This document shows positions 21,379-31,535 of a stretch of 64,000 nt of DNA, in pieces. A program made the position numbers and the translations under genes. Location of the stretch: assembly GCA_045632645.1 (NCBI GenBank), contig JAZQXC010000014.1:18166-82165 (forward strand), written 5' to 3'. The notes below the pieces were generated by a model that saw only the letters and a program-made list of their open reading frames with translations, searched no databases and had not been told where the DNA came from. Every line of letters begins with the position of its first letter. Position 1 is the first letter of the stretch. The stretch comes from Alphaproteobacteria bacterium (GTDB lineage Bacteria > Pseudomonadota > Alphaproteobacteria > RF32 > CAG-239).

Positions 21379-22746
21379 ATGAAATACATATTAAAAAATC
21401 ATTTATATATTATCGGACTTGCTCTTACTATATCTTTTGCAGTAGCATTAAATTGGCAGATTCCTCCAAACTTAGATGAAGCAAGAGCTTACATGATTGC
21501 TCGTTATTTATCACCAATAGAAATATTCTCTATTAGCAAAACTGAGGGACATCCATTTTTGTGGTTTTTTATATTAATGCCCATAACCAAACTACACACA
21601 TTTTATCCCATCCCTCTTTATGCTATAAACTTAATTTTTATTATCATAGCTCTTTACATTTTATACAGTAACAAATCAATTCCAACATATATAAAATATT
21701 TTATAACACTATCTACTCCCTTCCTTAAATTTTACAACAGCTTTGCTCGTTGTTATTCCCTTACCATTATGCTCTCATTTATTATCTTAAAAATACGGGA
21801 ACAAAGATTCTCTAAGCCTTTCACATATCTATTTTTAATAATTCTATTAGCCAACTCAAGTGCAATGGGCTTCTTTATAGCCTCGTCATTGTGGGCACTA
21901 TTTTTATACGAAAATTTTGTAAAAATAAAAAGCACACAAAACACAACAACCACATATTTAATAATTTTTTGTGGTGTTGTTGAGTTGTTTCTCCTCTTCT
22001 TACAATTCTATGGATATAATACTCAAATTCCTATAGTAACTCCAAAATTTAAAACCCTAAAAGATGGTTTAAATATCGCCTATAGTCCTATAAATGTTTA
22101 CATGCTAATTATTTTATATATTGCAAGTTTCTGTATTTTTATAAAACAAAAGAAATATCAATCTTTCTTTTTTCTACTTTTTACCTCTACTCAGCTAACT
22201 ATATTAATAAATTTTATTCACCGTGGAGGAAGTCAGCATTACTACTTTTATTACATAAATTTAATTTATGCATATTTAATAGCGCAAAAGCTAAAGCATT
22301 TACATTTCATACCTTTAGCAATTTTAAGCTTTGCTCTTATCTTTAATACAAATATGCACTATAAAAAACACGACATATCATATTTAACAGACTTAAAAAT
22401 AAGCGCCTTAGAAATAAACAAACTATATCCAACGCAACCACAAGAAATTTTTGCTTTTGAAGATATACAAAGCAACATTTTCGAACCATATCTAAAATCA
22501 AATATAACACTATTAAACCAAACAGGAAAATCTCTAAAAACCTTAAAGGGGTTAGAAGAGTTTTTATACTATTTATATATCCCAATAAAAGCAAAAGACA
22601 TTGAACGCATTGCACAAAAAAATCCGCACACCTTACTTTATAAAGCATGCGGAGAAGATGTATATTATAACAGCAATCTTAAATTCAATCTAAAACATCG
22701 TCTAAATCAACAATATTGCCTATATAGTATTAGCATAAACAACTAA
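21379..22746 (+). CDS. GT-C fold glycosyltransferase (ArnT/PMT-like, family 39/83-like) polytopic membrane protein
   Basis: About 11 TM helices; first extracytoplasmic loop carries DE motif ...PPNLDEARAYMIARY... Confidence 0.5.
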   Translation: MKYILKNHLYIIGLALTISFAVALNWQIPPNLDEARAYMIARYLSPIEIFSISKTEGHPFLWFFILMPITKLHTFYPIPLYAINLIFIIIALYILYSNKSIPTYIKYFITLSTPFLKFYNSFARCYSLTIMLSFIILKIREQRFSKPFTYLFLIILLANSSAMGFFIASSLWALFLYENFVKIKSTQNTTTTYLIIFCGVVELFLLFLQFYGYNTQIPIVTPKFKTLKDGLNIAYSPINVYMLIILYIASFCIFIKQKKYQSFFFLLFTSTQLTILINFIHRGGSQHYYFYYINLIYAYLIAQKLKHLHFIPLAILSFALIFNTNMHYKKHDISYLTDLKISALEINKLYPTQPQEIFAFEDIQSNIFEPYLKSNITLLNQTGKSLKTLKGLEEFLYYLYIPIKAKDIERIAQKNPHTLLYKACGEDVYYNSNLKFNLKHRLNQQYCLYSISINN

Positions 22747-23678
22747 TCTCTATCCAAAAACTCAATAGCGTCCATAGCTGCCATTGCCCCACTACCGGCA
22801 GAAATAACAGCTTGTTTATATTTAGGATCTTTCACATCGCCTGCAGCAAAAACACCTTCAATATCTGTTTCTGAGCTTCCACTTCGTGTTACAATATATC
22901 CCTTACTATCTAAAATAAGATTACCCTTAAATACATCAGTATTAGGGGTATGACCTATTGCAACAAAAACACCATCAAGAGTATATTCTTTTATTTCATC
23001 TGTTTCAACATTTTTAATCTTAAGGCCTGTAACCTTTTTAGGATCATCTTGCCCCAAAATTTCTTCAACAACACTATTCCACTCAACAACAATCTTTTTA
23101 TTATTGAGAACTCTGTCTTGTAAAATTTTATCAGCACGAAGTTGATTTCTTCTGTGTACCATAATAACCTTATCTGCAAGAGTAGATAAATACAAAGCTT
23201 CAGCCACTGCAGAATTACCACCGCCAATCACAGCAACCGTTCTTCCTCTATAAAAGAAACCATCACAAGTTGCACAAGCTGACACACCATAACCTAAATA
23301 TTTCTTCTCAGATTCAATATTTAACCATCTAGCAGAAGAGCCTGTTGCAACAATTATAGCTCTTGCTTTATAAGAGTGACCATTCTCTGAACTACACACA
23401 AAAGGACGATTAGAAAAATCAACCTCAACAATATAGTCATTAACAAACTCAACACCAAGTTTTATAGCTTGTTGTTTCATTTTATCCATTAATTCATAAC
23501 CGCTAATATCTTCAAAACCAGGAAAATTTTCAATACTTGCAGTCATTGTTAACTGTCCCCCCTCTTGGTTTCCAGATACAATCGTTACTTTAATACCAGC
23601 TCTTGCCGCATATATACCAGCAGTATATCCAGCTGGTCCAGAACCCAAAATCAATAAATCTGTAGTATAAAGTGCCAT
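22743..23678 (-). CDS. trxB: Thioredoxin-disulfide reductase
   Basis: FAD motif GSGPAGYTA, redox-active CATCDG, NADPH GGGNSA; 311 aa. Confidence 0.9.
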   Translation of the reverse strand: MALYTTDLLILGSGPAGYTAGIYAARAGIKVTIVSGNQEGGQLTMTASIENFPGFEDISGYELMDKMKQQAIKLGVEFVNDYIVEVDFSNRPFVCSSENGHSYKARAIIVATGSSARWLNIESEKKYLGYGVSACATCDGFFYRGRTVAVIGGGNSAVAEALYLSTLADKVIMVHRRNQLRADKILQDRVLNNKKIVVEWNSVVEEILGQDDPKKVTGLKIKNVETDEIKEYTLDGVFVAIGHTPNTDVFKGNLILDSKGYIVTRSGSSETDIEGVFAAGDVKDPKYKQAVISAGSGAMAAMDAIEFLDRD

Positions 23679-23687
23679 TTAAGTCTC

Positions 23688-24347
23688 CTAGTTTAATAGT
23701 TTCAACGTTTTATCTCGCAATCCCTTTATGCGTTTTGCCTGCTCTTTATCACCAAGCAAATCATACAACACCATTAATTGACTACAAATATTAAGCGTGT
23801 CTTGATATTTAGTATAAAAGCTCTCATCTTGACTTGTAACCTCTATCAAGGCTTTTTCTAAAAACAAAATCTTTACGCGAGGCGTTTCAGCACTTTTAGC
23901 CAAAAGCATATAAGCCGAATATTTGTCTTCTTTTTTATGATTTTCAGCCCATGTTTCTTCTATCTTAACTAGAGCCTCTTCATCACCCAAATAATAATAT
24001 ATTTCTTTAAGCATAAATAATATGCGATTTTTTTCTTCAATATTATGAGCATACACCAAAGATTGGTTATAATATTCTATTGCAAGAAAGTATTTACTAT
24101 TATCTTGATTTTGTAAAGCCTCTTCATAATAAATATCGCCAAGTTTTGCATACACCCAAAACAAAACAATCCTAACATTTTGAGAATACTCTTCTCTTCC
24201 TTGCAAAAACTTCACAAAATAACGAATAATCGCCCCATATTGAATAATTTTTGCACCATTATTCATAAACCGTTCACGCTCTTGAATTGTTTTATATAAT
24301 CTTAAAAACTGAGTTTCTTTATTAAGATGTGTCAAATCATTACGCAT
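23688..24347 (-). CDS. Hypothetical alpha-helical (TPR-like) protein
   Basis: 219 aa, Y/E/L-rich helical repeats, no recognised family. Confidence 0.4.
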   Translation of the reverse strand: MRNDLTHLNKETQFLRLYKTIQERERFMNNGAKIIQYGAIIRYFVKFLQGREEYSQNVRIVLFWVYAKLGDIYYEEALQNQDNSKYFLAIEYYNQSLVYAHNIEEKNRILFMLKEIYYYLGDEEALVKIEETWAENHKKEDKYSAYMLLAKSAETPRVKILFLEKALIEVTSQDESFYTKYQDTLNICSQLMVLYDLLGDKEQAKRIKGLRDKTLKLLN

Positions 24348-24363
24348 ATTTCACCTCGCGAAA

Positions 24364-24630
24364 TTATAAAACACCACCAGTATTTAAACAATAATCCTCA
24401 TTATTTAATTGATACTTCTTATGAACAGCACATTTAGAACAAATACACCCTCGATTCTCATGAATACAATTACTTTTTTCAAACGCGCAAAACATCATTT
24501 CAAAATGACTTAAATCAGCAATATTATCATCATATAAAAAATTGTTTTTATTTCTACACGCTAATGTATATGACGGACATTTATCACAAATGCATTGCTT
24601 TGCATTTTCAATTGTTTTATTTACACGCAT
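24364..24630 (-). CDS. Small cysteine-rich protein (two CxCxxC motifs)
   Basis: 88 aa with CICDKC and CICSKC plus 6 further Cys. Confidence 0.45.
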   Translation of the reverse strand: MRVNKTIENAKQCICDKCPSYTLACRNKNNFLYDDNIADLSHFEMMFCAFEKSNCIHENRGCICSKCAVHKKYQLNNEDYCLNTGGVL

Positions 24631-24722
24631 ATCTTATCTCCTTTTTATTTCAACAAAAATAAAATATGCAATAATCTTTCTAAAACAATTATCCCAACCC
24701 TATATTTATGTTTTATAAAACA

Positions 24723-25010
24723 TCAAATTATTATAAATTTACCATCGATAATCGAGGGCAAAAAACTATCTTTCGCTTTAGATAAAAACAATATCCTATC
24801 AACCCTTGCAAAGAGAGGGCCATCATAACAAGCTTGTATCATCATATTAACGCTATCATTATCGCCATTCATTAATATCTCAACACTTCCATCAAATTCA
24901 TTACGAACCCAACCAAAAACATTACCTATCTCTAGCGCTTTTGACATAGCCCAACGACGATAGCCAACGCTTTGAACTCGACCCTCTATTTTTATATAAG
25001 CCTCTTTCAT
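24723..25010 (-). CDS. acyP: Acylphosphatase
   Basis: VQSVGYRRW...GWVRNEFDGSVE signature. Confidence 0.75.
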   Translation of the reverse strand: MKEAYIKIEGRVQSVGYRRWAMSKALEIGNVFGWVRNEFDGSVEILMNGDNDSVNMMIQACYDGPLFARVDRILFLSKAKDSFLPSIIDGKFIII

Positions 25011-25023
25011 GCTAAAAACTTAC

Positions 25024-27114
25024 TTATTTATCACCAACATTACCTGACAAAAGATTGATTAAACTCTTTGTTGTGTCTTTAACACTTCCCATACTGTCAT
25101 TTAATATTTTGCCAACATCTTCTGATGTGGTAGAAACAACATTTTTAGGTTCAGGAAATTTATTTTCATATCCTGTTCCTTTCAATGCCGTATAGCAAGG
25201 AGAACCATCGTTTTCTAAAAGCATCTGCGCACCCAAATATACAGGACCAGCAGTTGTAACACCAACAATTGTTTTTATTGCATTTGCACCATCTATTCCA
25301 ATTTTTGGATTACTAATTGTACCTGTCAGCCTAACAAGTGATGATAGTGCTTTTGCAATATTTGTATCTGTAATTCTTCCTGCAAATGGCTTTACACTAA
25401 TATTCAATTTGTCATTTTCCAAATTAATATCTCCATCTGCAACAATAGTAAACTTATCAGCATTAAAAACTATACCATTTGGAAAAACTGCTTTTCCATT
25501 TTTAAAGTTGGCACGAACCACAGCACAACTCATATCCAAATCATCATTACCTTTTGTTACTTTAATGGTGTTTAATAATTGAGATATAATATTGCCTTTC
25601 AAAACACCAATATTACCCAAATGTAGTTGTGTTTTATCAACTATAAACGCCATATCACCATTTAAACTCTCAACAAGACCAGCATATGTATCGCCATTTC
25701 CTGTTACATTAAGATAAAAATCAGCGCCAGAGTTATTAATCACATTAAAAGCTTCTGATTGAACACCTAAAGCCTTAAATAAATCAACTAATTTAATACC
25801 TACAATAGATGCATTGGCTTTCAAGCCTTTTGTTGCTGCACTTAAGTTAAAATCAGCTTTTACATCACCTTCGCCAACAACACCTTTTGTTATCTTAAAT
25901 TGAGCCACACCATTTTTCGCACCAACATTAAATGCCAAATCTTTTCCAATAATCGCATTTTTGTTTACTAATTTTGCAATCACAAAATCAATATTCGCAT
26001 CAACCCTGCTCAAATAATCATAAGGAATAGGCAAATTGGGCACCAATTCTGTTGCCTTTGCTTCCTTAACAAAAATACTGCTTATTGCAACTTTTGGTGC
26101 TTTTGAAAAAGATGCAACATCAATCTTATCAGATACAAAACCTCCAACAATAACAGGAATTTTTCCACCCAAATCACAAGATAAATCACCTTTTATAACA
26201 TTTTTAGCAACATTTAATTCCTTGACTTTTGCCTTAATATTTTTCAAATTACCATCAAGGTCAATATCTATAAATTCATTATATCCGCTATTTTTCCCAA
26301 AAAAGTTAGAAACATTCACATTTCCTTTAAATGAAATATCTTTCAAAACATTATATAACATTACCTTTGTTGCAATTCCAATTCCTTGCACATTAAGTTT
26401 TGCATCAACTGGATATCCACTATTTAATGCTAATAAAGAAAGCGCACCAACAACACCATCACCTTTATATTCACCATTATTAACATCAAAAGCAAAATCT
26501 ATATTGCCATCACTGTTTTCTTTCAAATCTAGCTTATTAACAAGATAACTTTGCTTCTTTGAGCTTTTATCAATATAATTAATTTTCACATCATCTAGCA
26601 AAACTTCTTTAATCGTAATAGAAGAAAGTACATCTAAACTATCATTCTCACTAGCATTTGCACTTTTAATCAACTCAAAACGATATGATGTTTTAACATT
26701 TTTAACCACATCTTCGCTCACACTAAATGTCCAGTTATTTTTTCCATCATTTGTTTCTTCCAAATTAATAACTGCATCATTTACTCTAAAGAAGTTTATA
26801 ACAAAGTTTTTACTAATTAAAGGCAATAAAGCAACTCCAACATCTATGGATTTCGCGCTTATCATATCGCTATCTTTCGCCCATGTTGCATTAGATAAAG
26901 TAACATCTCTAATCTCAACCATTGGGCTAAATGATGCCTTAACTTTAATATCGCCAAGAGTTAACTTTCTACCTGTAGATTTATCAACCATTTTAACAAT
27001 AGTTTCTTTGTATTGATTAAAATCAACTTGAGAAATTAATACATACCCCGCAACTACTAATATTAAAAACAAAGACAAAATAGATATAAGTGCAATCTTT
27101 AAAAACTTCATCAT
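25024..27114 (-). CDS. asmA: AsmA-family outer-membrane assembly protein
   Basis: N-terminal signal anchor, 696 aa repetitive beta-rich AsmA-like architecture. Confidence 0.7.
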   Translation of the reverse strand: MMKFLKIALISILSLFLILVVAGYVLISQVDFNQYKETIVKMVDKSTGRKLTLGDIKVKASFSPMVEIRDVTLSNATWAKDSDMISAKSIDVGVALLPLISKNFVINFFRVNDAVINLEETNDGKNNWTFSVSEDVVKNVKTSYRFELIKSANASENDSLDVLSSITIKEVLLDDVKINYIDKSSKKQSYLVNKLDLKENSDGNIDFAFDVNNGEYKGDGVVGALSLLALNSGYPVDAKLNVQGIGIATKVMLYNVLKDISFKGNVNVSNFFGKNSGYNEFIDIDLDGNLKNIKAKVKELNVAKNVIKGDLSCDLGGKIPVIVGGFVSDKIDVASFSKAPKVAISSIFVKEAKATELVPNLPIPYDYLSRVDANIDFVIAKLVNKNAIIGKDLAFNVGAKNGVAQFKITKGVVGEGDVKADFNLSAATKGLKANASIVGIKLVDLFKALGVQSEAFNVINNSGADFYLNVTGNGDTYAGLVESLNGDMAFIVDKTQLHLGNIGVLKGNIISQLLNTIKVTKGNDDLDMSCAVVRANFKNGKAVFPNGIVFNADKFTIVADGDINLENDKLNISVKPFAGRITDTNIAKALSSLVRLTGTISNPKIGIDGANAIKTIVGVTTAGPVYLGAQMLLENDGSPCYTALKGTGYENKFPEPKNVVSTTSEDVGKILNDSMGSVKDTTKSLINLLSGNVGDK

Positions 27115-27117
27115 AAC

Positions 27118-28047
27118 CTACTCCTTAAAATTCAATCCCAATGTTTTAATTGTCTCACAAAAATGCTGAGGCAATTTTGCTTTAATTATAACTTTTTTAC
27201 CATACACAAAAGACAGATCGATTTGATAAGCATGCAAATGCAATTTTTTTGCAAACAAACTATTTTTATCTCTTGTTTCACCAAAATACTTTTCATCACC
27301 CAAAATTGGCATATTTATATATTCCAAATGCGCCCTAATCTGATGTGTTCTTCCTGTTAAAGGACTAGCTTTAACTAACGAAAATTTGTCTCCAACATTA
27401 TCCAAAATTTCATATTCAGTAATTGCCGTTTTTCCTCCATCAACAACCTGAACCCTTCCATCTATTTTATCAAGTGGAGCTTTTATTTCCCCCACCATCT
27501 TAGAAACACACCCTCTAGTCACTGCTAAATATGTTTTCTTTAAAGTATGTTCTCTAAAAGCCTTTGTCAACGTATCAGCCATTTTTCTATCTCTTGCTAA
27601 TACCAAAACACCACTTGTATCTTTATCGATTCTATGAACCAATTTTGGCTTTTCTTCATTTCCAAATTTTAGCGCTTCTAACATTCCATCAATATGGCGC
27701 TCTGTGTTTGTTCCTCCTTGTACAGCAAGCCCAGAAGGTTTATTTATAACAATAATTTTTTCATCTTTATAAATAACCAAACTTTCAATAAACTTAGCAT
27801 CGCTTTTAGAAACAACACTTCCATTGCTTTCTGCTTTTTCATTATCAAGAGGAGGCACTCTAACCTCAAAACCAGCCTCAAGTTTTGTATTAGCTTCAGC
27901 CTTAGCGCCATTAACTTTTATTTGTTTTGTTCTAACTAGTTTTTGAAATCTACCCAAACTAAGCCCTGGGTAATACTTCAAAAACCACCTATTCAAGCGC
28001 ATACCGTCATCAGCTTCTTTTACTTTTATAATCTGAACACCAGACAT
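27118..28047 (-). CDS. rluC: RluA-family ribosomal large subunit pseudouridine synthase (RluC/D-like, S4 domain)
   Basis: HRIDKDTSGVLVLARD catalytic motif; 309 aa. Confidence 0.85.
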   Translation of the reverse strand: MSGVQIIKVKEADDGMRLNRWFLKYYPGLSLGRFQKLVRTKQIKVNGAKAEANTKLEAGFEVRVPPLDNEKAESNGSVVSKSDAKFIESLVIYKDEKIIVINKPSGLAVQGGTNTERHIDGMLEALKFGNEEKPKLVHRIDKDTSGVLVLARDRKMADTLTKAFREHTLKKTYLAVTRGCVSKMVGEIKAPLDKIDGRVQVVDGGKTAITEYEILDNVGDKFSLVKASPLTGRTHQIRAHLEYINMPILGDEKYFGETRDKNSLFAKKLHLHAYQIDLSFVYGKKVIIKAKLPQHFCETIKTLGLNFKE

Positions 28048-28126
28048 TTATATCCTCACATCAATTAATCTTTCAAAACAATAACCAACAAATCATTATT
28101 TTACAAGTTTTAATTCATAAAAAAAT

Positions 28127-28158
28127 AAAACCGATTCCATTTTTATGGATTCGGTTTT
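28127..28158. terminator. Bidirectional hairpin terminator
   Basis: AAAACCGATTCCATttttATGGATTCGGTTTT perfect 14-bp stem flanked by A/T runs. Confidence 0.75.
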
Positions 28159-28191
28159 ACTACAAGACAAAACGTCTCTTTGTTTCCATCA

Positions 28192-28389
28192 TTAAGAATT
28201 TTGCTCTGTTTTTTGTTTTTGCTTCATAATAAACTCTTTCAAACCTTCTTCAGAAACAGTGCTAAGTTTATAAATTACAATCCCGTACTTATTTTTCAAA
28301 ACACTCAAAAGTTCCGACAGATTTGTCTTTTCGTCATATCCCAAAAAATCAGCTAACAACACCCTTAATTCTTCATTGTTTTCAATCAT
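28192..28389 (-). CDS. Small acidic hypothetical protein (65 aa)
   Basis: ORF with its own downstream terminator; no recognised domain. Confidence 0.3.
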   Translation of the reverse strand: MIENNEELRVLLADFLGYDEKTNLSELLSVLKNKYGIVIYKLSTVSEEGLKEFIMKQKQKTEQNS

Positions 28390-28458
28390 ACATACTAATA
28401 TTTAAATTATACAAAAACGTTCCAACGCTATTATAAAACAACAACAAAGTCAAACAGA

Positions 28459-29760
28459 TTATTTTTTATTTTTCTCTTTACGTAATTTATCAAAATAGTC
28501 GATTCGTTTTCTAATTTCTCTTTCAAAACCTCTATCAACAGGATTATAAAATCTTCTTCTACCCATCTCTTCAGGAAAGTAATTTTGCCCAGAAAAACCA
28601 TCTTCTAAATCTTGATCATAAATATATCCTTCTTTATATCCTAGATCCTTCATCAACTTTGTTGGCGCATTTATAATATGTTTAGGAGGCATCAAAGACC
28701 CTGTTTTTCTTGCCACATCAAATACACTATGCATAGCTTTATATACTGCAGCAGATTTAGGCGCCGTTGCCAAATACGCAGTTAATTGCATAATAGCCAA
28801 ATCCCCTTCGGGGCTACCAAGTCTCTCATAAGTTTCAGAGCAAGCAATAGCTTGCACAACGGCATTAGGATCTGCAAGAGAAACATCTTCCACTGCAAAC
28901 CGAACTAATCTTCTTAAAATATACCTAGGGTCTTCACCAGAAACAATCATTCTTCCAACCCAATAAAGAGCAGCGTCAACATCAGACCCTCTTAAAGATT
29001 TATGCACTGCAGATATAAGGTTATAATGTCCATCACGCCCTTTATCATAAACAGGCATGCGAGAGCGAATAATTTTCATCAACTTATCTTTACCAAAAAT
29101 CTCACCATCTTTAGCATAAGCCCAAACACTCTCCGCAAGGTTTAAGATATACCTACCATCTCCATCTGCAACCGTTTTTAACAACTCTCTTGCTTCTTCG
29201 TCAATAGGAAGCTTAAGCCCCTCTTCTCTTTCTGCTCTTTGCAAAAGCTCTTCAAAATTTTCTTCTGAAAGTCTGTTTAAAACAAAAACCTGACACCTAG
29301 ACAACAGCGCAGCATTCAGCTCAAATGATGGATTTTCAGTTGTAGCCCCAACAAGTATCACTGTACCATCTTCAACATACGGCAAAAAACCATCTTGTTG
29401 TGATTTATTAAATCTATGAATCTCATCAACAAATAGAAGCGTCCCTTTTCCTTGAGTAACCTTTCTATCATGGGCATACTGAAAAACTCTTTTTAAATCT
29501 GCAACACCCGAAAAAACAGCAGAAATTTGCTCAAAATATAAATTTGTATGTTCTGCAATAAGTCTTGCTATTGTTGTTTTTCCACACCCCGGAGGTCCCC
29601 ACAAAATAAAAGAAGACACCTTCCCTGTAACAACCATTCTCCCCAAAGGAGAATCTTCTCCTAAAACCTGCTCTTGTCCAACAACATCTTGGAGTTTCGT
29701 GGGGCGAAGCCTGTCTGCTAATGGGCGCTTAACTCTATTTGAAAACAATGTTTCTACCAT
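28459..29760 (-). CDS. rarA: Replication-associated recombination protein A (AAA+ ATPase)
   Basis: FILWGPPGCGKTTIARLIA Walker A, MgsA C-terminal domains; 433 aa. Confidence 0.9.
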   Translation of the reverse strand: MVETLFSNRVKRPLADRLRPTKLQDVVGQEQVLGEDSPLGRMVVTGKVSSFILWGPPGCGKTTIARLIAEHTNLYFEQISAVFSGVADLKRVFQYAHDRKVTQGKGTLLFVDEIHRFNKSQQDGFLPYVEDGTVILVGATTENPSFELNAALLSRCQVFVLNRLSEENFEELLQRAEREEGLKLPIDEEARELLKTVADGDGRYILNLAESVWAYAKDGEIFGKDKLMKIIRSRMPVYDKGRDGHYNLISAVHKSLRGSDVDAALYWVGRMIVSGEDPRYILRRLVRFAVEDVSLADPNAVVQAIACSETYERLGSPEGDLAIMQLTAYLATAPKSAAVYKAMHSVFDVARKTGSLMPPKHIINAPTKLMKDLGYKEGYIYDQDLEDGFSGQNYFPEEMGRRRFYNPVDRGFEREIRKRIDYFDKLRKEKNKK

Positions 29761-29917
29761 CTTTTATTACTTTATAAATTAAAACTTTACCCACTCATAA
29801 CACAAATATTTGAAAGCTACAACTATAATTTTTATCATTTTTCATATATCACTTGACACTTCGTCATAAAGTTATACTATTCATATACATTTAATAACAA
29901 CAATTTAAGGAAAAAAC

Positions 29918-30703
29918 ATGAGTTTTAAAGATTTAGGGTTAAGCAACAACACAATTCGTGCAATAGAAGACTTAGGCTACAAAGAGCCAACAACTGTCCA
30001 AAAAGATGTTATCCCATCGGTTTTAGCCGGCAAAGACATCTTCATTATCGCACCAGCTGCTTGTGGCAAAACATGCTCATACATTTTTCCATTAATAGAT
30101 ATTATTTCTCAACACGATGGGCAAAATATTTTAATAATCACATCTGATGATAAAGAAGCTGTAAATGTATCAGACAAACTCTCTATTTTTAACAAATACC
30201 ACGAAATGAACAACAAGCGTAAAGACAACCCAGAAACAGATGCAAACGTTATCATCGGCGCCCCAAGTTTATTGTTAGAAAATATCACAGAAGAAAAAAT
30301 AGACATTAATAATATAAATATTTTGGTAGTTGATGACATTAATTTAATCAAAAAGAAACGCCAACTTAAAAACTTAGATAAAATTTTAGAAATACTACCA
30401 TCAAACAAACAAAACATTGTATTTACAACACGTAGATCAAAAGAAACACAAGACACATTAAACAAAATTCTAAAAGCTCCTGCAGAAATCAAAATAGATA
30501 AAAACAAAGAAAGCGAAGTAAAAGACGTTCAAAACGAACCAACACTTCCTAAAGATGAAAATAAAAAAGCTAAAAGAATAAAAGATAAAACACCACTCGA
30601 TAAAAAAGCTATCGAGCTCGCAAAGAAAAATAAAGCCTTTGGCTTTAATCCACCTCATTTCTTATTAACAGAGTGCAAACTCGTTGAAGGGGATGATTTA
30701 TAA
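29918..30703 (+). CDS. Degenerate DEAD-box helicase domain-1-only protein with Lys-rich tail (predicted catalytically inactive)
   Basis: Q-motif TTVQ retained; motif I AxTGxGKT replaced by APAACGKT, DEAD by DDIN, SAT by FTT; no helicase C domain. Confidence 0.6.
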   Translation: MSFKDLGLSNNTIRAIEDLGYKEPTTVQKDVIPSVLAGKDIFIIAPAACGKTCSYIFPLIDIISQHDGQNILIITSDDKEAVNVSDKLSIFNKYHEMNNKRKDNPETDANVIIGAPSLLLENITEEKIDINNINILVVDDINLIKKKRQLKNLDKILEILPSNKQNIVFTTRRSKETQDTLNKILKAPAEIKIDKNKESEVKDVQNEPTLPKDENKKAKRIKDKTPLDKKAIELAKKNKAFGFNPPHFLLTECKLVEGDDL

Positions 30704-30777
30704 AAAAAATACTTGCGCTATTTTATTGATAGCTCTATAAACAAGAAAAATATTAACCTATAAACTTGGAGATACAA

Positions 30778-31533
30778 ATGGCTGGACACTCCCAATTTAA
30801 GAACATTATGTACCGCAAAGGTGCACAAGATGCAAAAAAAGCTAGAGTTTTTGCAAAACTAGCTCGTGAAATTACTGTTGCTGCAAAAACAGGTCTTCCT
30901 GAACCAGATAAAAACCCTCGTTTAAGACTTGCAATCCAAGCAGCACGTGCAGAAAGTATGCCAAAAGATAATATTGAACGCGCTATTGCTAAGGCAACAC
31001 AAGTTGCAGGTGGAGCAGACTTTATCACAATGCGCTACGAAGGTTTTTCAGCAAACAAAGTAGCTGTAATTGTTGAAGCATTAACAGATAACAAAAACAG
31101 AACAGCAAGTAACGTTCGTTCAATTTTCGGCAAACGTGGTGGTGCAATGGGCGAAACAGGCTCTGTTGCATTTAACTTTGAGCGTATCGGATACATTGAA
31201 TATCCTTTAGCTGTTGCAGATGCTGACACAATGTTTGAAGAAGCATTAAACGCAGGTGCAAACGAAGTTATTTCAGAAGATGAGATTCATGCAATAGAAA
31301 CTCTTCCTGATGATTTATCATCTGTAACAGAAGCCTTAGAACAAAAATTCGGAACACCATCTGCTTCTCGTCTAGACTGGAAACCAACTGTTAAAACAGA
31401 CATTACAGACTTAGAAACAGCTAAAAAGTTCCTAGAATTTATTGATGCATTAGAAGAAGATGAAGATGTTCAACATGTTTATCACAATGCAGAAATATCC
31501 GAAGATGTTATGTCACAGCTAGAGGCTGAATAA
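30778..31533 (+). CDS. yebC: YebC/PmpR-family transcriptional regulator
   Basis: MAGHSQFKNIMYRKG start, GGAG RBS; 251 aa. Confidence 0.9.
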   Translation: MAGHSQFKNIMYRKGAQDAKKARVFAKLAREITVAAKTGLPEPDKNPRLRLAIQAARAESMPKDNIERAIAKATQVAGGADFITMRYEGFSANKVAVIVEALTDNKNRTASNVRSIFGKRGGAMGETGSVAFNFERIGYIEYPLAVADADTMFEEALNAGANEVISEDEIHAIETLPDDLSSVTEALEQKFGTPSASRLDWKPTVKTDITDLETAKKFLEFIDALEEDEDVQHVYHNAEISEDVMSQLEAE

Positions 31534-31535
31534 TA

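Noticed and set aside
26036-26548. 170-aa plus-strand ORF
   Set aside because: It lies entirely antisense inside the well-supported asmA gene and has no RBS. It is a low-complexity artefact of AT-rich sequence. The same reasoning applies to 8697..9155, 12459..12773, 18888..19190, 30109..30507, 41752..42333, 44816..45331 and 54032..54316.
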